Shown: positions 15,625-25,012 of the stretch, one piece after another | Layout: every line of letters starts with the position of its first letter | How positions within the stretch are numbered: position 1 is the first letter of the stretch | Assembly (NCBI GenBank): GCA_902760805.1 | Contig: CACWHY010000007.1 | Coordinates: forward strand, 9,588 to 73,587 | Source of the DNA: Ruminococcus flavefaciens | Lineage (GTDB): Bacteria; Bacillota; Clostridia; Oscillospirales; Ruminococcaceae | DNA: 64,000 nt | Direction: 5' to 3' | Position numbers and translations under genes: made by a program | The notes under the pieces: generated by a model | Database searches by the model: none | Told to the model about the DNA's origin: nothing | The model's input: the letters and a program-made list of their open reading frames with translations, nothing else

Positions 15625-17361
15625 ATGGATAAAAGCTCCAGATCAAGTCTTCTCCAGCCCGCTGGAACAGATGCCGAATACCGCAGGCTGCCGGATCATG
15701 TGCTGCACGATCTTGGCCTTGAGGAGTTCTGTCAGGCGGTATCATCAGACCCCAAGGAACGCCGTCTGATCACGAATATCCTTTCGCAGATCACAGCGGA
15801 TCCCGATGTTGCGGCCTACCGTCAGCAGATCTTCGGGGATATTATTCGGCTCCCTGAGCTGAGAAAGACCATTATGGAGCTTCTGGGAAAGATCCAGTTC
15901 ATGCAGGATTTTTCCACCATGCACAAGACCTCAGATGAGGAGCTGGGACTGTGGCACCTCTTTCACCGCTTGGACGAGCTGGACGACTACATCAGGACTG
16001 TGGAGACCATGCGTGAATGTCTTTCGGACGAGAGGATCAAGTCACAGGGTCTGATCTCCCTGAGAGAGCACATCACCGAGCTCTACCAGGACGCCTGCTT
16101 TGCCGAGATGAAGGAGGACATCGCTGCCCTGAAAATGAAGGCTTCCGATGTTCAGAGCGTCACCCTAGGCGTAAATGTCAACGAGCGCTTTGAAGCCGTC
16201 AGCATAGGACTGGTTTCGGTGAATAAAAAGCCGTTCAAGAAGTCCGGTATCGTCAGCAATTTCGCCGACGCCATCGCTGCCAAGGACAAGATACAGGAGA
16301 GCTCAGACTGGGACGGCGATATGCACTATCAGCTCATCGACAAGGAAGATAAGCGTGGCATCATCGACTTCATGAAGAACGAGGCCGGTCTGCTTGCGGT
16401 GCAGTCCTCATTCGCAACTGACGCAAGAGCCAAGTCCACGATCGTGAACGCTATGGCAGACGGAGCAACGGCAAATTCCACCTTCTACCTGGACGGCGTG
16501 GTGAACAAAATGCTCAGTTCATTGGTGAAAAAGCTGAGAGACACCCTTACCAAGTACGCAAATGTGGCTATAGTCAGCGTGTCCGGACTTGTGCCGGAGT
16601 TCATATACTACATCAGGTGTGCGGAGCTTATCAGCAGCCTTATGGAAAAGGGCTGTGTGTTCTGCCAGCCTCAGCCGGAAGCTGAGGACGGGAATTCCAT
16701 GGAGGCGAAGGGCTTCTACAATCTAAGGCTCGCTATGAATATGGAAAATGTCAGCGAGATCGTTCCCAACGACCTTGCATTTGACAAGGCGAAGACCGTC
16801 TATATCCTCACCGGTGCCAATCGTGGCGGAAAGACCACGGTCACACAGGCTGTGGGTCAGTTGTTCGTGCTTGCTCAGGGCGGACTTTTCGTTCCTGCGG
16901 AGAGCTTCCGATACGTCCCCTGCGACTGCGTCTACACCCATTTTCCGGCAGATGAGGACAAGACCATGGATCTTGGAAGGCTGGGAGAGGAGTGCGTTCG
17001 CTTCAAGGAGATGTTCTCTCAGTCAACGGGCAGGAGCCTTCTCCTGCTGAATGAGACCTTCTCCACCACCTCCTTTGAGGAGGGCTACTACATCGCAAGG
17101 GACTCCGTAAAGGCGCTTCTTACCAAGGAAGTTCGGACGATCTACAACACCCATATGCACAAGCTGGGGGAGGACGCTCAGGAGCTCACCCGTGAAAGCA
17201 GCCGTGCAGGGGCAGCCTCGCTGATCATGCGCACAGAGGACGGCAAGCGTTCCTTCAAGGTGGCTCTGGCTCAGCCGGAGGGCTCCTCCTACGCAAGGGA
17301 TATTGCCGAAAAGTACGGCGTGACCTATGATATGCTGGTCAGCGGCTCTGAAAAGCAGTAG
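15625..17361 (+). CDS. MutS-related ATPase (core and ATPase domain only; no mismatch-binding or nuclease domain)
   Basis: Walker A GANRGGKTT and a MutS-like Walker B region LLLLNETFSTTSFEEG. ATG at 15625 lies 8 nt after AAGAGG and 13 nt after the AraC gene stop. Confidence 0.8.
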   Translation: MDKSSRSSLLQPAGTDAEYRRLPDHVLHDLGLEEFCQAVSSDPKERRLITNILSQITADPDVAAYRQQIFGDIIRLPELRKTIMELLGKIQFMQDFSTMHKTSDEELGLWHLFHRLDELDDYIRTVETMRECLSDERIKSQGLISLREHITELYQDACFAEMKEDIAALKMKASDVQSVTLGVNVNERFEAVSIGLVSVNKKPFKKSGIVSNFADAIAAKDKIQESSDWDGDMHYQLIDKEDKRGIIDFMKNEAGLLAVQSSFATDARAKSTIVNAMADGATANSTFYLDGVVNKMLSSLVKKLRDTLTKYANVAIVSVSGLVPEFIYYIRCAELISSLMEKGCVFCQPQPEAEDGNSMEAKGFYNLRLAMNMENVSEIVPNDLAFDKAKTVYILTGANRGGKTTVTQAVGQLFVLAQGGLFVPAESFRYVPCDCVYTHFPADEDKTMDLGRLGEECVRFKEMFSQSTGRSLLLLNETFSTTSFEEGYYIARDSVKALLTKEVRTIYNTHMHKLGEDAQELTRESSRAGAASLIMRTEDGKRSFKVALAQPEGSSYARDIAEKYGVTYDMLVSGSEKQ

Positions 17362-17398
17362 ATCATGCCTTTCAGACTACAGATAAAATTTGCTCAAG

Positions 17399-17430
17399 AG
17401 CAGTCTGTATCATGCAGGCTGCTTTTCTTT
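17399..17430 (+). terminator. intrinsic terminator after the MutS-like gene
   Basis: 9-bp stem agcagtctg/caggctgct followed by TTTTCTTT. Confidence 0.7.
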
Positions 17431-17506
17431 ATAGGGGAAATAGGAAAGCTCTGCCATGGAGCTTTTCGATGGGGATGGCAGCTTTAGATCTCGGCCAAAT
17501 ATCCGC

Positions 17507-17539
17507 AAAAAAGCCCCGGAGCAGCTTATCTGTTCCGGG
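17507..17539 (-). terminator. intrinsic terminator after the deacetylase gene
   Basis: Minus-strand hairpin cccgga...tccggg followed by CTTTTTTG. Confidence 0.6.
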
Positions 17540-17546
17540 TCTTATC

Positions 17547-18830
17547 TTATTTGGAGCTGGCGAGGTATCTCTCACGCATGAGGATCAGGTCAAAGACCTC
17601 GATCCGGCGGTTTTGGCAGAGATCTCCTGCCTGCCAGTTTTTCAGCTGTCCGTTACCAAGGAGGAAGCTCTGCATGGCCACCAGGTCGGCGATAGTGAAC
17701 TCGCCGTCGGAATTCACGTCGCATTGGGTCTCCTGAGACTGGCCCTTCACCAAAATATCCACGCTGGTGACGGTCATCTCCTGAGAGGACGAGGCAGTGA
17801 CGGTCAGCCGGTCAAGGTCGGTGTAGCCGATGTCCAGGCTGTCCAGAGCGGCCTGAAGATCGCTTGCCAGGAAGCAGGCTGTGTCGCCGTTGGAGTAGAA
17901 GGGCTGCACCTGCTGCCAAACGGCGGTGCCTGACCACTTCTGCAATGCGATCACCGGCGGGTCTGGGCAGCTGTACTTCACCTCAATGGCGAAGCTGTCT
18001 CCCAGCTTTTCCAGCTCGGCGCCGTCCAGCACAGCGGTGTCGCTCCAGCCTGACCAGCTGCTTGCGCCCGCAGCCTCACCTGTGAAGATGTTCTTGTAGG
18101 GGGAGTAGCCAGAACAGGGGTATTTGGCAACAGTGGTGTAGATCATATTGCCCTTGGGAGTCTCGCCCTGACGCTGAAAAAGCTCGGTGAGCGTGACGAA
18201 CTCATAGCCCTGATCGATGAGCTCCGGCACCACGATCTTCAGAGCGTCAACGGTCTGGCTGTTTCCGGCAGCATCATGGAGGAGCACGATAACGCCGTCC
18301 CTGGCGCCGTTTAGGATAAAGTCGGCACGCTGCTGGGCGGTGACGTTCTCCATATAGTCCTTGCAGTCGATGCCGCAGATGAACGGCAGGTCGATGTTGT
18401 CATACATGGTCTGGCTGACGTCGATGAATGGCGGCCGGAAGAACTTAGTGTGTTCCCCGGTGATCTCCAGCACCTTCTGGTCAACGAACTCCACCTCGGC
18501 CTTGATGTCATCGGGAGCCATGCCGCCCATATTTGAGTGGGTCTTGGAGTGGTTGTCGATCTCGCAGCCCATATCGTAGGCACGCTTAACGGACTTGGCG
18601 CTGTCCTCATTGATGTTGTCGCCGATGAGGAAGAATGAGGCCTTAGCGCCGTATTCCTCCAGAATATCCAGCACATCGTTGGTGGTGGTAGTGTTAGGGC
18701 CGTCGTCAAAGGTCAGAGCGATGAGCTTTGTCTCCTGAGCCTGGGCACGAGCCGGGATCGCCGGCAGAAATGCTGTCATCATTGCAGCCGCCGCAGCTGC
18801 TGCCAGCACTTTGATAAAGGTATTCTTCAT
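17547..18830 (-). CDS. secreted polysaccharide deacetylase (NodB domain) with a C-terminal dockerin
   Basis: Signal peptide MKNTFIKVLAAAAAAAMMTAFLPAIPARAQA and NodB motif LTFDDGPN. The C-terminus CDVNSDGEFTIADLVAMQSFLLG is a dockerin repeat, followed by a degenerate second repeat. Confidence 0.85.
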   Translation of the reverse strand: MKNTFIKVLAAAAAAAMMTAFLPAIPARAQAQETKLIALTFDDGPNTTTTNDVLDILEEYGAKASFFLIGDNINEDSAKSVKRAYDMGCEIDNHSKTHSNMGGMAPDDIKAEVEFVDQKVLEITGEHTKFFRPPFIDVSQTMYDNIDLPFICGIDCKDYMENVTAQQRADFILNGARDGVIVLLHDAAGNSQTVDALKIVVPELIDQGYEFVTLTELFQRQGETPKGNMIYTTVAKYPCSGYSPYKNIFTGEAAGASSWSGWSDTAVLDGAELEKLGDSFAIEVKYSCPDPPVIALQKWSGTAVWQQVQPFYSNGDTACFLASDLQAALDSLDIGYTDLDRLTVTASSSQEMTVTSVDILVKGQSQETQCDVNSDGEFTIADLVAMQSFLLGNGQLKNWQAGDLCQNRRIEVFDLILMRERYLASSK

Positions 18831-19065
18831 GTTATCCCTCCGAAAAAATGTATATGTTAATCATATCACTTTTTTGTGGAAAACACAACTGTTTTCGCAG
18901 AAATACCCCTAAAAACTGCGAAATTTCCACCATTGGTGAAGTATCGTGCTCCTGTCGGAAGAGCTCCGGTTAAGAAAATGATAAGAAATCGTTAGGCTTT
19001 TGCTAAAGACAGTTTAGAAATATTCCTGTATAATAGAATTACGATAACGAAAAGGAGAGATCGGC

Positions 19066-19824
19066 ATGAAAGCTATCCTGCATACAGAAAAGCTCTGCAA
19101 GTCGTTTTCAAACAGCGGTTTGCAGCAGCACGTCATCAAAAACCTGGATCTTGAGATCATGGAGGGGGACTTCACTGTGATCATGGGCTCCTCCGGCTCA
19201 GGAAAATCCACCCTTCTCTATGCCCTTTCCGGCATGGATAAGCCAACTCTGGGCAAGGTGTTCTTCGGGGAGGAGGACATTTCATCCTACTCCAACGACC
19301 AGCTTGCAATTTTCCGGAGAAAGCACTGCGGATTTGTTTTCCAGAGCATCTATCTTCTGGAGAACATGGACGTTTTCGATAACGTTATGACAGGCGCTCT
19401 GGCGGTGCAGAAGAATTCCCCTGAGCTGGCGAAGAGGGCAGAGGAGCTTCTGGAAAAGGTGGGCATCAGGAAGGAGCTGTGGAAGAAATTCCCAAATCAG
19501 CTCTCCGGCGGAGAATGCCAGAGAGTTGGCATAGTCCGTGCGATCATCAATGAGCCTGAGCTCCTCTTTGCCGATGAGCCTACGGGCTCGCTGAATTCCG
19601 CATCGGGAAGGGACGTGCTGGACATCTTCACCGAGCTCCACGAAAAGGGACAGAGCATCGTCATGGTCACTCACGACCTGAGGACTGCACTTCGTGGAAA
19701 CAGAGTGGTATTCCTCCGTGACGGAAATATAGTGGGTGAGCACAAGATGCTGCCTTTCGGAAGCGACGACGAAAAGAAGCGCCGTGAGAGCTTGCAGAGC
19801 TTCCTTGACGAGATGGGTTGGTGA
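19066..19824 (+). CDS. ABC transporter ATP-binding protein
   Basis: Walker A GSSGSGKST, signature LSGGECQRVGIVRA, Walker B LLFADEPTGSLN and H-loop VTHD. RBS AAAGGAGAG. Confidence 0.9.
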   Translation: MKAILHTEKLCKSFSNSGLQQHVIKNLDLEIMEGDFTVIMGSSGSGKSTLLYALSGMDKPTLGKVFFGEEDISSYSNDQLAIFRRKHCGFVFQSIYLLENMDVFDNVMTGALAVQKNSPELAKRAEELLEKVGIRKELWKKFPNQLSGGECQRVGIVRAIINEPELLFADEPTGSLNSASGRDVLDIFTELHEKGQSIVMVTHDLRTALRGNRVVFLRDGNIVGEHKMLPFGSDDEKKRRESLQSFLDEMGW

Positions 19825-19828
19825 TCGT

Positions 19829-22324
19829 ATGTATAAGATAATGCGGCTTGCCTTAGCGAATATCCGCCGTCACAAAAGCGAATCTATCCTGCTGGGGATA
19901 CTGATCATGCTCTGCATGGCTCTGCTTGGGGGAGCTATCCCTGCTGAGAAGAGCGCAAACAGGATCTTTCCGGAGCTTTGGGAGCGCACCGGCTTCTGCA
20001 AGGCGCTGATCGCGCTGAAAGACGAGGTGGATCCTGAGCTTGCGCTGGAGGTGCTGAAGGAGGACGATTGTGTTGAGGACGGACAGATACTGCACTACCT
20101 GCATGGGCCTTCTGCGAGGATCCTTGACAAAAACGGCGATGAGAGCCTCTTCCCGTGCACATTCATAGACGTGGAGAACGAGGAGATCTTCGAGGACTTC
20201 GCCCTCCAGACCAAGCTGACAGACCAGCAGATCGCTGATCTGGAGCACCCGATCATAGTTCCGCTGAATGAGAAGAAAAGGCTGGAGCTGACAGAAGGGG
20301 ACAGCTTCTCCGTTATCGACGGAGCAAAGCGGTTCACCTTCACTGTGGCCGGCTTTTATGAGAGCGGCTATTTCTACGACACAAAATTCATCGTCAGCGA
20401 CGGCGATATGGCCATGCTGAAAAACGTTTTTGAACGCTTCACAGACCTGGCCTTCGATCCGAAGGATGGCGCAGACCTCACTGATATCAGCAAGAAATGG
20501 GAGGAGCGTGCCTCTGCGCTGGGACTGGACGTGGAGTCCGCTGCCTGCATAGGCATGGACGATTGGAGCAGCAACTTCTACATTGAGATCTTCTATGTTC
20601 TGAAGATCACAGAGGTGCTGGCGCTGATCATTCTGATCGCGATCGTGATAGTTATCGGCTTCCGAGTGGTCACTGACATCAAGGAGCAGATCGTTCAGAT
20701 CGGCGTGCTGGAGGCACTGGGCTACCGTTCCGGCGAGATCGCACTGGCCTACGCAGCGGAATACTTCCTGATCACACTGGCAGGCTGCATTTTCGGTGCT
20801 CTGCTGAGCATGGGCGTATTTTCGGTGCTTATCCGGATCTTTGAGGGACTTAAAGGCTACCCGGTGAGCCACAGCGCAGATCCGCTCTCTCTGGGGATCG
20901 TCTTCGCAGCGATCCTGCTGGTGGTGACTCTCCTGGCTTGGATAAAGGCTCGCTCTGTGCGGAAATATCCGCCTGTTCTGGCCTTCCGCAAGGGCATCGG
21001 CGACCACCATTTCGGAAAGAGCCGCTTCCCTCTGAGAAATGCAAAGGGCAGCGTCCACCTTCGTCTTGCATTGAAGGGCTTTAGCTCCCATATCCGCCAG
21101 AACATCGCCCTGACTCTTGTGACCGGAGTAACGGTGACGGCGGTGGTCCTCAGCTTTATCCTCTACAGCTTTATGGGGAACGGCCTGGATCTTGCATTCA
21201 GCATTGCCGGCTGTGAAATGGCCGATGCCAGCGTCACTGTCATGCCGGAAACTGACCCGGAGGATTTCGTCCGTGATGTTGAGGCTCTCCCAGAGGTGAG
21301 GAAGGTTCTGCCGGCCAGCTCTATGGGAGCGATATTTCTGGACGCTTACGAGCTGAATGACTCCTTTATGGCGAACGTTTACGCCGACTACAGCCAGACC
21401 GAGAACATCCACCCGATCAAGGGAAGATTTCCGGAGCACGATAATGAACTCATGATCACAAAGGCAGTTTCTACAGCAAGTGATCTGGACATTGGCGACA
21501 CACTTCGGCTGGAATACGGCTCTATCCGCCGGGAATACATCGTGACCGGTGTGGTGACGGCTCTGTTCAACAGTAATAGCGTCTATCTTACTGAGGAGGG
21601 CATGAAGCAGCTCGACCCGTTTTATACTCCCACCGAATTCCAGATCTTCAAGAGCGAAGGCACCACCTACAAAGAGCTGAAAGAGACTCTGGACAGCAGA
21701 TACGGCAAAAGCGCCGGTGATCTTGGCCAGACTGACAGCTCACAGGGAAGCTGTGAGGAGAGGATCCGAAAAAGAGCCGACCAGGTGATCTCTGCGATGC
21801 TTGAGCAGTCCGGCGCAACTCATGTGGAGTATTCCATACAAGTTGGAGATCAGGTGATCGGCGGCAGCAGCAGCTCGATCCGGATCCGCAGCTCATTTGA
21901 CATGATCCAGCTCCTGACATCCTACATGGAGCAGCTGTGCCAGACGGTCTCGATCACAACAAGGCTCTTCATGGTGATCTCAGCGGCAGTGGTCATGATG
22001 ATACTTTCCATGCTGATGTCCGGCGAGATCCGCCGCAGACGCAGAGAGCTTGGCATAATGAAGGGAATGGGCTACACATCCAAGGAGCTTATGCTCCAGC
22101 TTGCCCTCCAGATCATGCCGGCGGTGATCATGGCAACGTTCCTTGGTACAGCGGTGAGCCTGCTGGGAGTAAAGCTGATCGCAGGATTTGTTGGAAACAT
22201 CCCAATAAGTGTGCCCAGTGTGCTGGCGCTTGACCTGGCAGTCATCGCATTCTGCTTCGGCTGCGCATATCTGGGAGCAAGAAAGATAAAGAAGATCTCG
22301 GTATACGAGCTTATGACAGAATAA
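19829..22324 (+). CDS. ABC transporter permease, FtsX family
   Basis: Starts MYKIMRLALANIRRHKSE (typical FtsX N-terminus) 4 nt after the ATPase stop. It has two FtsX TM clusters. Confidence 0.85.
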   Translation: MYKIMRLALANIRRHKSESILLGILIMLCMALLGGAIPAEKSANRIFPELWERTGFCKALIALKDEVDPELALEVLKEDDCVEDGQILHYLHGPSARILDKNGDESLFPCTFIDVENEEIFEDFALQTKLTDQQIADLEHPIIVPLNEKKRLELTEGDSFSVIDGAKRFTFTVAGFYESGYFYDTKFIVSDGDMAMLKNVFERFTDLAFDPKDGADLTDISKKWEERASALGLDVESAACIGMDDWSSNFYIEIFYVLKITEVLALIILIAIVIVIGFRVVTDIKEQIVQIGVLEALGYRSGEIALAYAAEYFLITLAGCIFGALLSMGVFSVLIRIFEGLKGYPVSHSADPLSLGIVFAAILLVVTLLAWIKARSVRKYPPVLAFRKGIGDHHFGKSRFPLRNAKGSVHLRLALKGFSSHIRQNIALTLVTGVTVTAVVLSFILYSFMGNGLDLAFSIAGCEMADASVTVMPETDPEDFVRDVEALPEVRKVLPASSMGAIFLDAYELNDSFMANVYADYSQTENIHPIKGRFPEHDNELMITKAVSTASDLDIGDTLRLEYGSIRREYIVTGVVTALFNSNSVYLTEEGMKQLDPFYTPTEFQIFKSEGTTYKELKETLDSRYGKSAGDLGQTDSSQGSCEERIRKRADQVISAMLEQSGATHVEYSIQVGDQVIGGSSSSIRIRSSFDMIQLLTSYMEQLCQTVSITTRLFMVISAAVVMMILSMLMSGEIRRRRRELGIMKGMGYTSKELMLQLALQIMPAVIMATFLGTAVSLLGVKLIAGFVGNIPISVPSVLALDLAVIAFCFGCAYLGARKIKKISVYELMTE

Positions 22325-22336
22325 GGAGGAAAATCT

Positions 22337-24265
22337 ATGAACAAGCTAATGAGGAGAGCCATTGCAGGTGCAGTCTCTCTTATGGTGCTTCCGGCGGCGG
22401 TCATGAGCTACGGAGCCGAAGGGGGTCCTGAAGCTGCCAGTAACAAGCCTCACCAGAGCAGTGAGGTCCAGTCCTCAGTGGCGTCGGTGAGCAAGGTGTT
22501 CGTGACCGTTGCAGCTATGCAGCTGGCGGATCGGGGAAAGCTGGATATCGACCAGCCTGTGACGGAGTATCTGCCGGAGTTCAGGCTTGCGGACCCAAGA
22601 TACAGCCAGATAACTGTCCGTATGCTCATGGATCACAGCTCAGGGCTAATGGGCTCATACTACCACGACTCCATGCTTTTTGACAGCCGCAGCCCTCTTC
22701 CCCATGATGGTTTTCTGGAAAACATCAGCGGTGAGCGCTTAAAGGCTGACCCCGGGGAGTATGGCGCTTACTGCAACGACGGCTTCAACCTGCTGGAGCT
22801 GATAGTGGAGAGAGTGAGCGGTCAGGACTACACCGAATATCTGGAGCAGAATATCTGTCAGCCCCTTGGCCTTGACCAGACCGGCACTCCCCGGAATATC
22901 TTCCAAGCCAAGGAGCAGATGAGAGTTTTCCTGAATAACAGGGAGTACGCTCCTGAATACGTTATGAACTACGGTGACGGCGGCGTCATCTCCACAGCAA
23001 GGGATCTCAGCCGCTTCGGAAGCGCCTTTTTTAAGGGGAATACGGAGCTTCTCTCCGAAAACGCCAAAAGGGAGATGGCCACCCGCCGGAGCGAGGATCC
23101 CTACGAGGAAGGCTTCGGGCTTGGCTGGGACATCGTTTCCTCAGAGGCCTATGAGAAGGCAGGAGTGCAGATACTCAGCAAGGGCGGCGATCTGATCACT
23201 CAGCACGCCGAGCTGCTGGTGGCGCCGGATCAGATGATAAGCGTGGGAGTCACCTCATCAGGGGGCTCCAGCACAACGGACACTCAGCTGGCCATGGCAC
23301 TCATGGACATCGCCTTGGAGGAGCAGGGGATAAAAGTTGACCGCAGCAGGCCTGAGAAGAAGGAGCTCCTGGGCAGCGTGCCGGAGAAATACCTGCAATA
23401 TGAGGGCGTGTATACTGACGCTGCAAATATTTGGCAGCTTTCCTTCCCAGAGGGCAGATACATGGAGCTGAGCTGTCTCAACGACAAGATGGAGCCTGAC
23501 ATCATACTGATGTACACCACTGAGGACAGCTTTGTCCGGATCCTTGGAAAGCCAGATCCGGAGACAGCGATCCAGCCGCAGGAGTCCGAGATCATCAGGT
23601 TTGCAGAGCGAAATGGCAGGATATATCTCACAAAGGCCTCAGTGACCGGAGATGAGATCTTCGGCTTATTATCCTTCCCAGAGACCTATTACGCTCAGCA
23701 GCTGGAGGAAAACCCCGTCAGCCCGGAGGTGCAGGCAGCTTGGGATAAGCGTGACGGAAAGCACTATTACGCCTATGGAGAAAATATGGCATCGGTGATT
23801 TATTCGGAGGCTCCTTCCATGATCCTAAACATCCCTCAGGGCGTCAAGGGCTATATCAATGGCCACAAGATAACTGACAAGGATCACGCTGTGAGCGTTG
23901 CACACATTCCTTCCTCCTCGAGCCGTGACCAGAGCGACCTGCGAATGTTCACGGAAAATGGAAGGGAATTTTTGGTCATGGAGGATATGGGGATCACATA
24001 TATCTCAGAGGACGCTATCCCGGATCTGACCGACGACATCAGTCAGGTGAAGTTGACAACGGGCTGCGCAGCGTGGTATAATACCCAAAGAGGAATGATC
24101 ACGCTGGATATACCCGAAAATGCAGCGGTCTACATATATGACAAGCGAGACAAACTGACCTTCTCCAGCTATATGAAGCGCAGCGGCAACACCGTTGCTC
24201 TTCCGGAGCAGGGCAAGATCGTATTTGTGGGCGAAACAGGCAGTCAGGTGGGTATCTGGCGTTAA
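22337..24265 (+). CDS. serine hydrolase of the beta-lactamase/PBP family with an uncharacterised ~300-aa C-terminal domain
   Basis: Signal peptide, S-x-x-K motif SVSKVF and Y-x-N motif YCNDGF. RBS AGGAGG. Confidence 0.8.
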   Translation: MNKLMRRAIAGAVSLMVLPAAVMSYGAEGGPEAASNKPHQSSEVQSSVASVSKVFVTVAAMQLADRGKLDIDQPVTEYLPEFRLADPRYSQITVRMLMDHSSGLMGSYYHDSMLFDSRSPLPHDGFLENISGERLKADPGEYGAYCNDGFNLLELIVERVSGQDYTEYLEQNICQPLGLDQTGTPRNIFQAKEQMRVFLNNREYAPEYVMNYGDGGVISTARDLSRFGSAFFKGNTELLSENAKREMATRRSEDPYEEGFGLGWDIVSSEAYEKAGVQILSKGGDLITQHAELLVAPDQMISVGVTSSGGSSTTDTQLAMALMDIALEEQGIKVDRSRPEKKELLGSVPEKYLQYEGVYTDAANIWQLSFPEGRYMELSCLNDKMEPDIILMYTTEDSFVRILGKPDPETAIQPQESEIIRFAERNGRIYLTKASVTGDEIFGLLSFPETYYAQQLEENPVSPEVQAAWDKRDGKHYYAYGENMASVIYSEAPSMILNIPQGVKGYINGHKITDKDHAVSVAHIPSSSSRDQSDLRMFTENGREFLVMEDMGITYISEDAIPDLTDDISQVKLTTGCAAWYNTQRGMITLDIPENAAVYIYDKRDKLTFSSYMKRSGNTVALPEQGKIVFVGETGSQVGIWR

Positions 24266-24280
24266 AAAAGAGGTGTGAAC

Positions 24281-25012
24281 ATGAGGTATCAGTGCCTGAT
24301 GATCGATGATGATGCGACAATTGCCGAAACTACTGCGGAGTATTTCAATATGTTCGATATCACCACTGCTTCTGTGGGCAGCTATGAGGAGGCAGAGAGA
24401 TTTCTGGAGGAAAACCAGGTCTCTCTGCTCCTGCTGGACATAAATCTTGGGGAACGCTCCGGATTTGAGCTGTGCAAGCAGATCAGACGGAAGTACGATA
24501 TGCCCATACTGTTTATAAGCGCACGAACCAGCGACGACGACATACTGACTGCGCTGAACATCGGCGGTGACGACTACATAAAAAAGCCCTATACCATGAG
24601 CATTTTGCTGGCCAAGGTAAGGGCTGTGCTGGCACGGTATGAGAAAGCCGCCGAGGCGGCAAGGGAGGCTTCCCAGAAGCAGACAGCCGGTGCAGCTGTC
24701 CCGGATCAGATCCTTTTGGGGAACGGCGTTTCGCTGAACACAGGCACCCATCTTATCATTCGTGACGGCAAGAGCATTTCTCTGAAGGCCATGGAGTACA
24801 AGATGCTGCTGTATCTGCTGGAAAACAGAGGCAGAGTGGTGACCAAGGAGGAGTTCCTCAGCCAGGTCTGGCAGGATACATTCGTGGGGGAGGGGACTCT
24901 CCCCGTGCATATCCGGCACCTGCGTGAGAAGATCGAGCAAGATCCCAATGACCCCAAGATCATACGGACTGTCTGGGGAGTGGGCTACATCATCGGGAGC
25001 GACGAGGAATGA
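24281..25012 (+). CDS. OmpR-family response regulator
   Basis: Receiver domain (LMIDDD..LLLLDINL) and a C-terminal winged helix (IRTVWGVGY). ATG lies 7 nt after AAGAGG. Confidence 0.9.
   Translation: MRYQCLMIDDDATIAETTAEYFNMFDITTASVGSYEEAERFLEENQVSLLLLDINLGERSGFELCKQIRRKYDMPILFISARTSDDDILTALNIGGDDYIKKPYTMSILLAKVRAVLARYEKAAEAAREASQKQTAGAAVPDQILLGNGVSLNTGTHLIIRDGKSISLKAMEYKMLLYLLENRGRVVTKEEFLSQVWQDTFVGEGTLPVHIRHLREKIEQDPNDPKIIRTVWGVGYIIGSDEE

Noticed and set aside
19801-19860. The printed sequence line starting at 19801 seems to contain 59 rather than 60 characters. One t appears to be missing near its start, judging from the translation SFLDEMGW.
   Set aside because: I treated this as a formatting glitch and not a frameshift. 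The supplied ORF track reads through cleanly, so ORF-track coordinates were used for the genes at 19066-19824 and 19829-22324.
19853-21439. Very long antisense ORFs. These include 528 aa at 19853-21439, and also 41335-42399, 31753-32565, 24005-24940, 59022-59804, 53097-53735, 40286-40921, 28621-29322, 11690-12496 and 616-1248.
   Set aside because: Each lies fully inside a well-supported gene on the opposite strand. The translations are low-complexity (Arg/His/Gln/Leu-rich), with no motifs, RBS or promoter. They are typical stop-poor shadow frames of GC3-rich or low-complexity coding regions.
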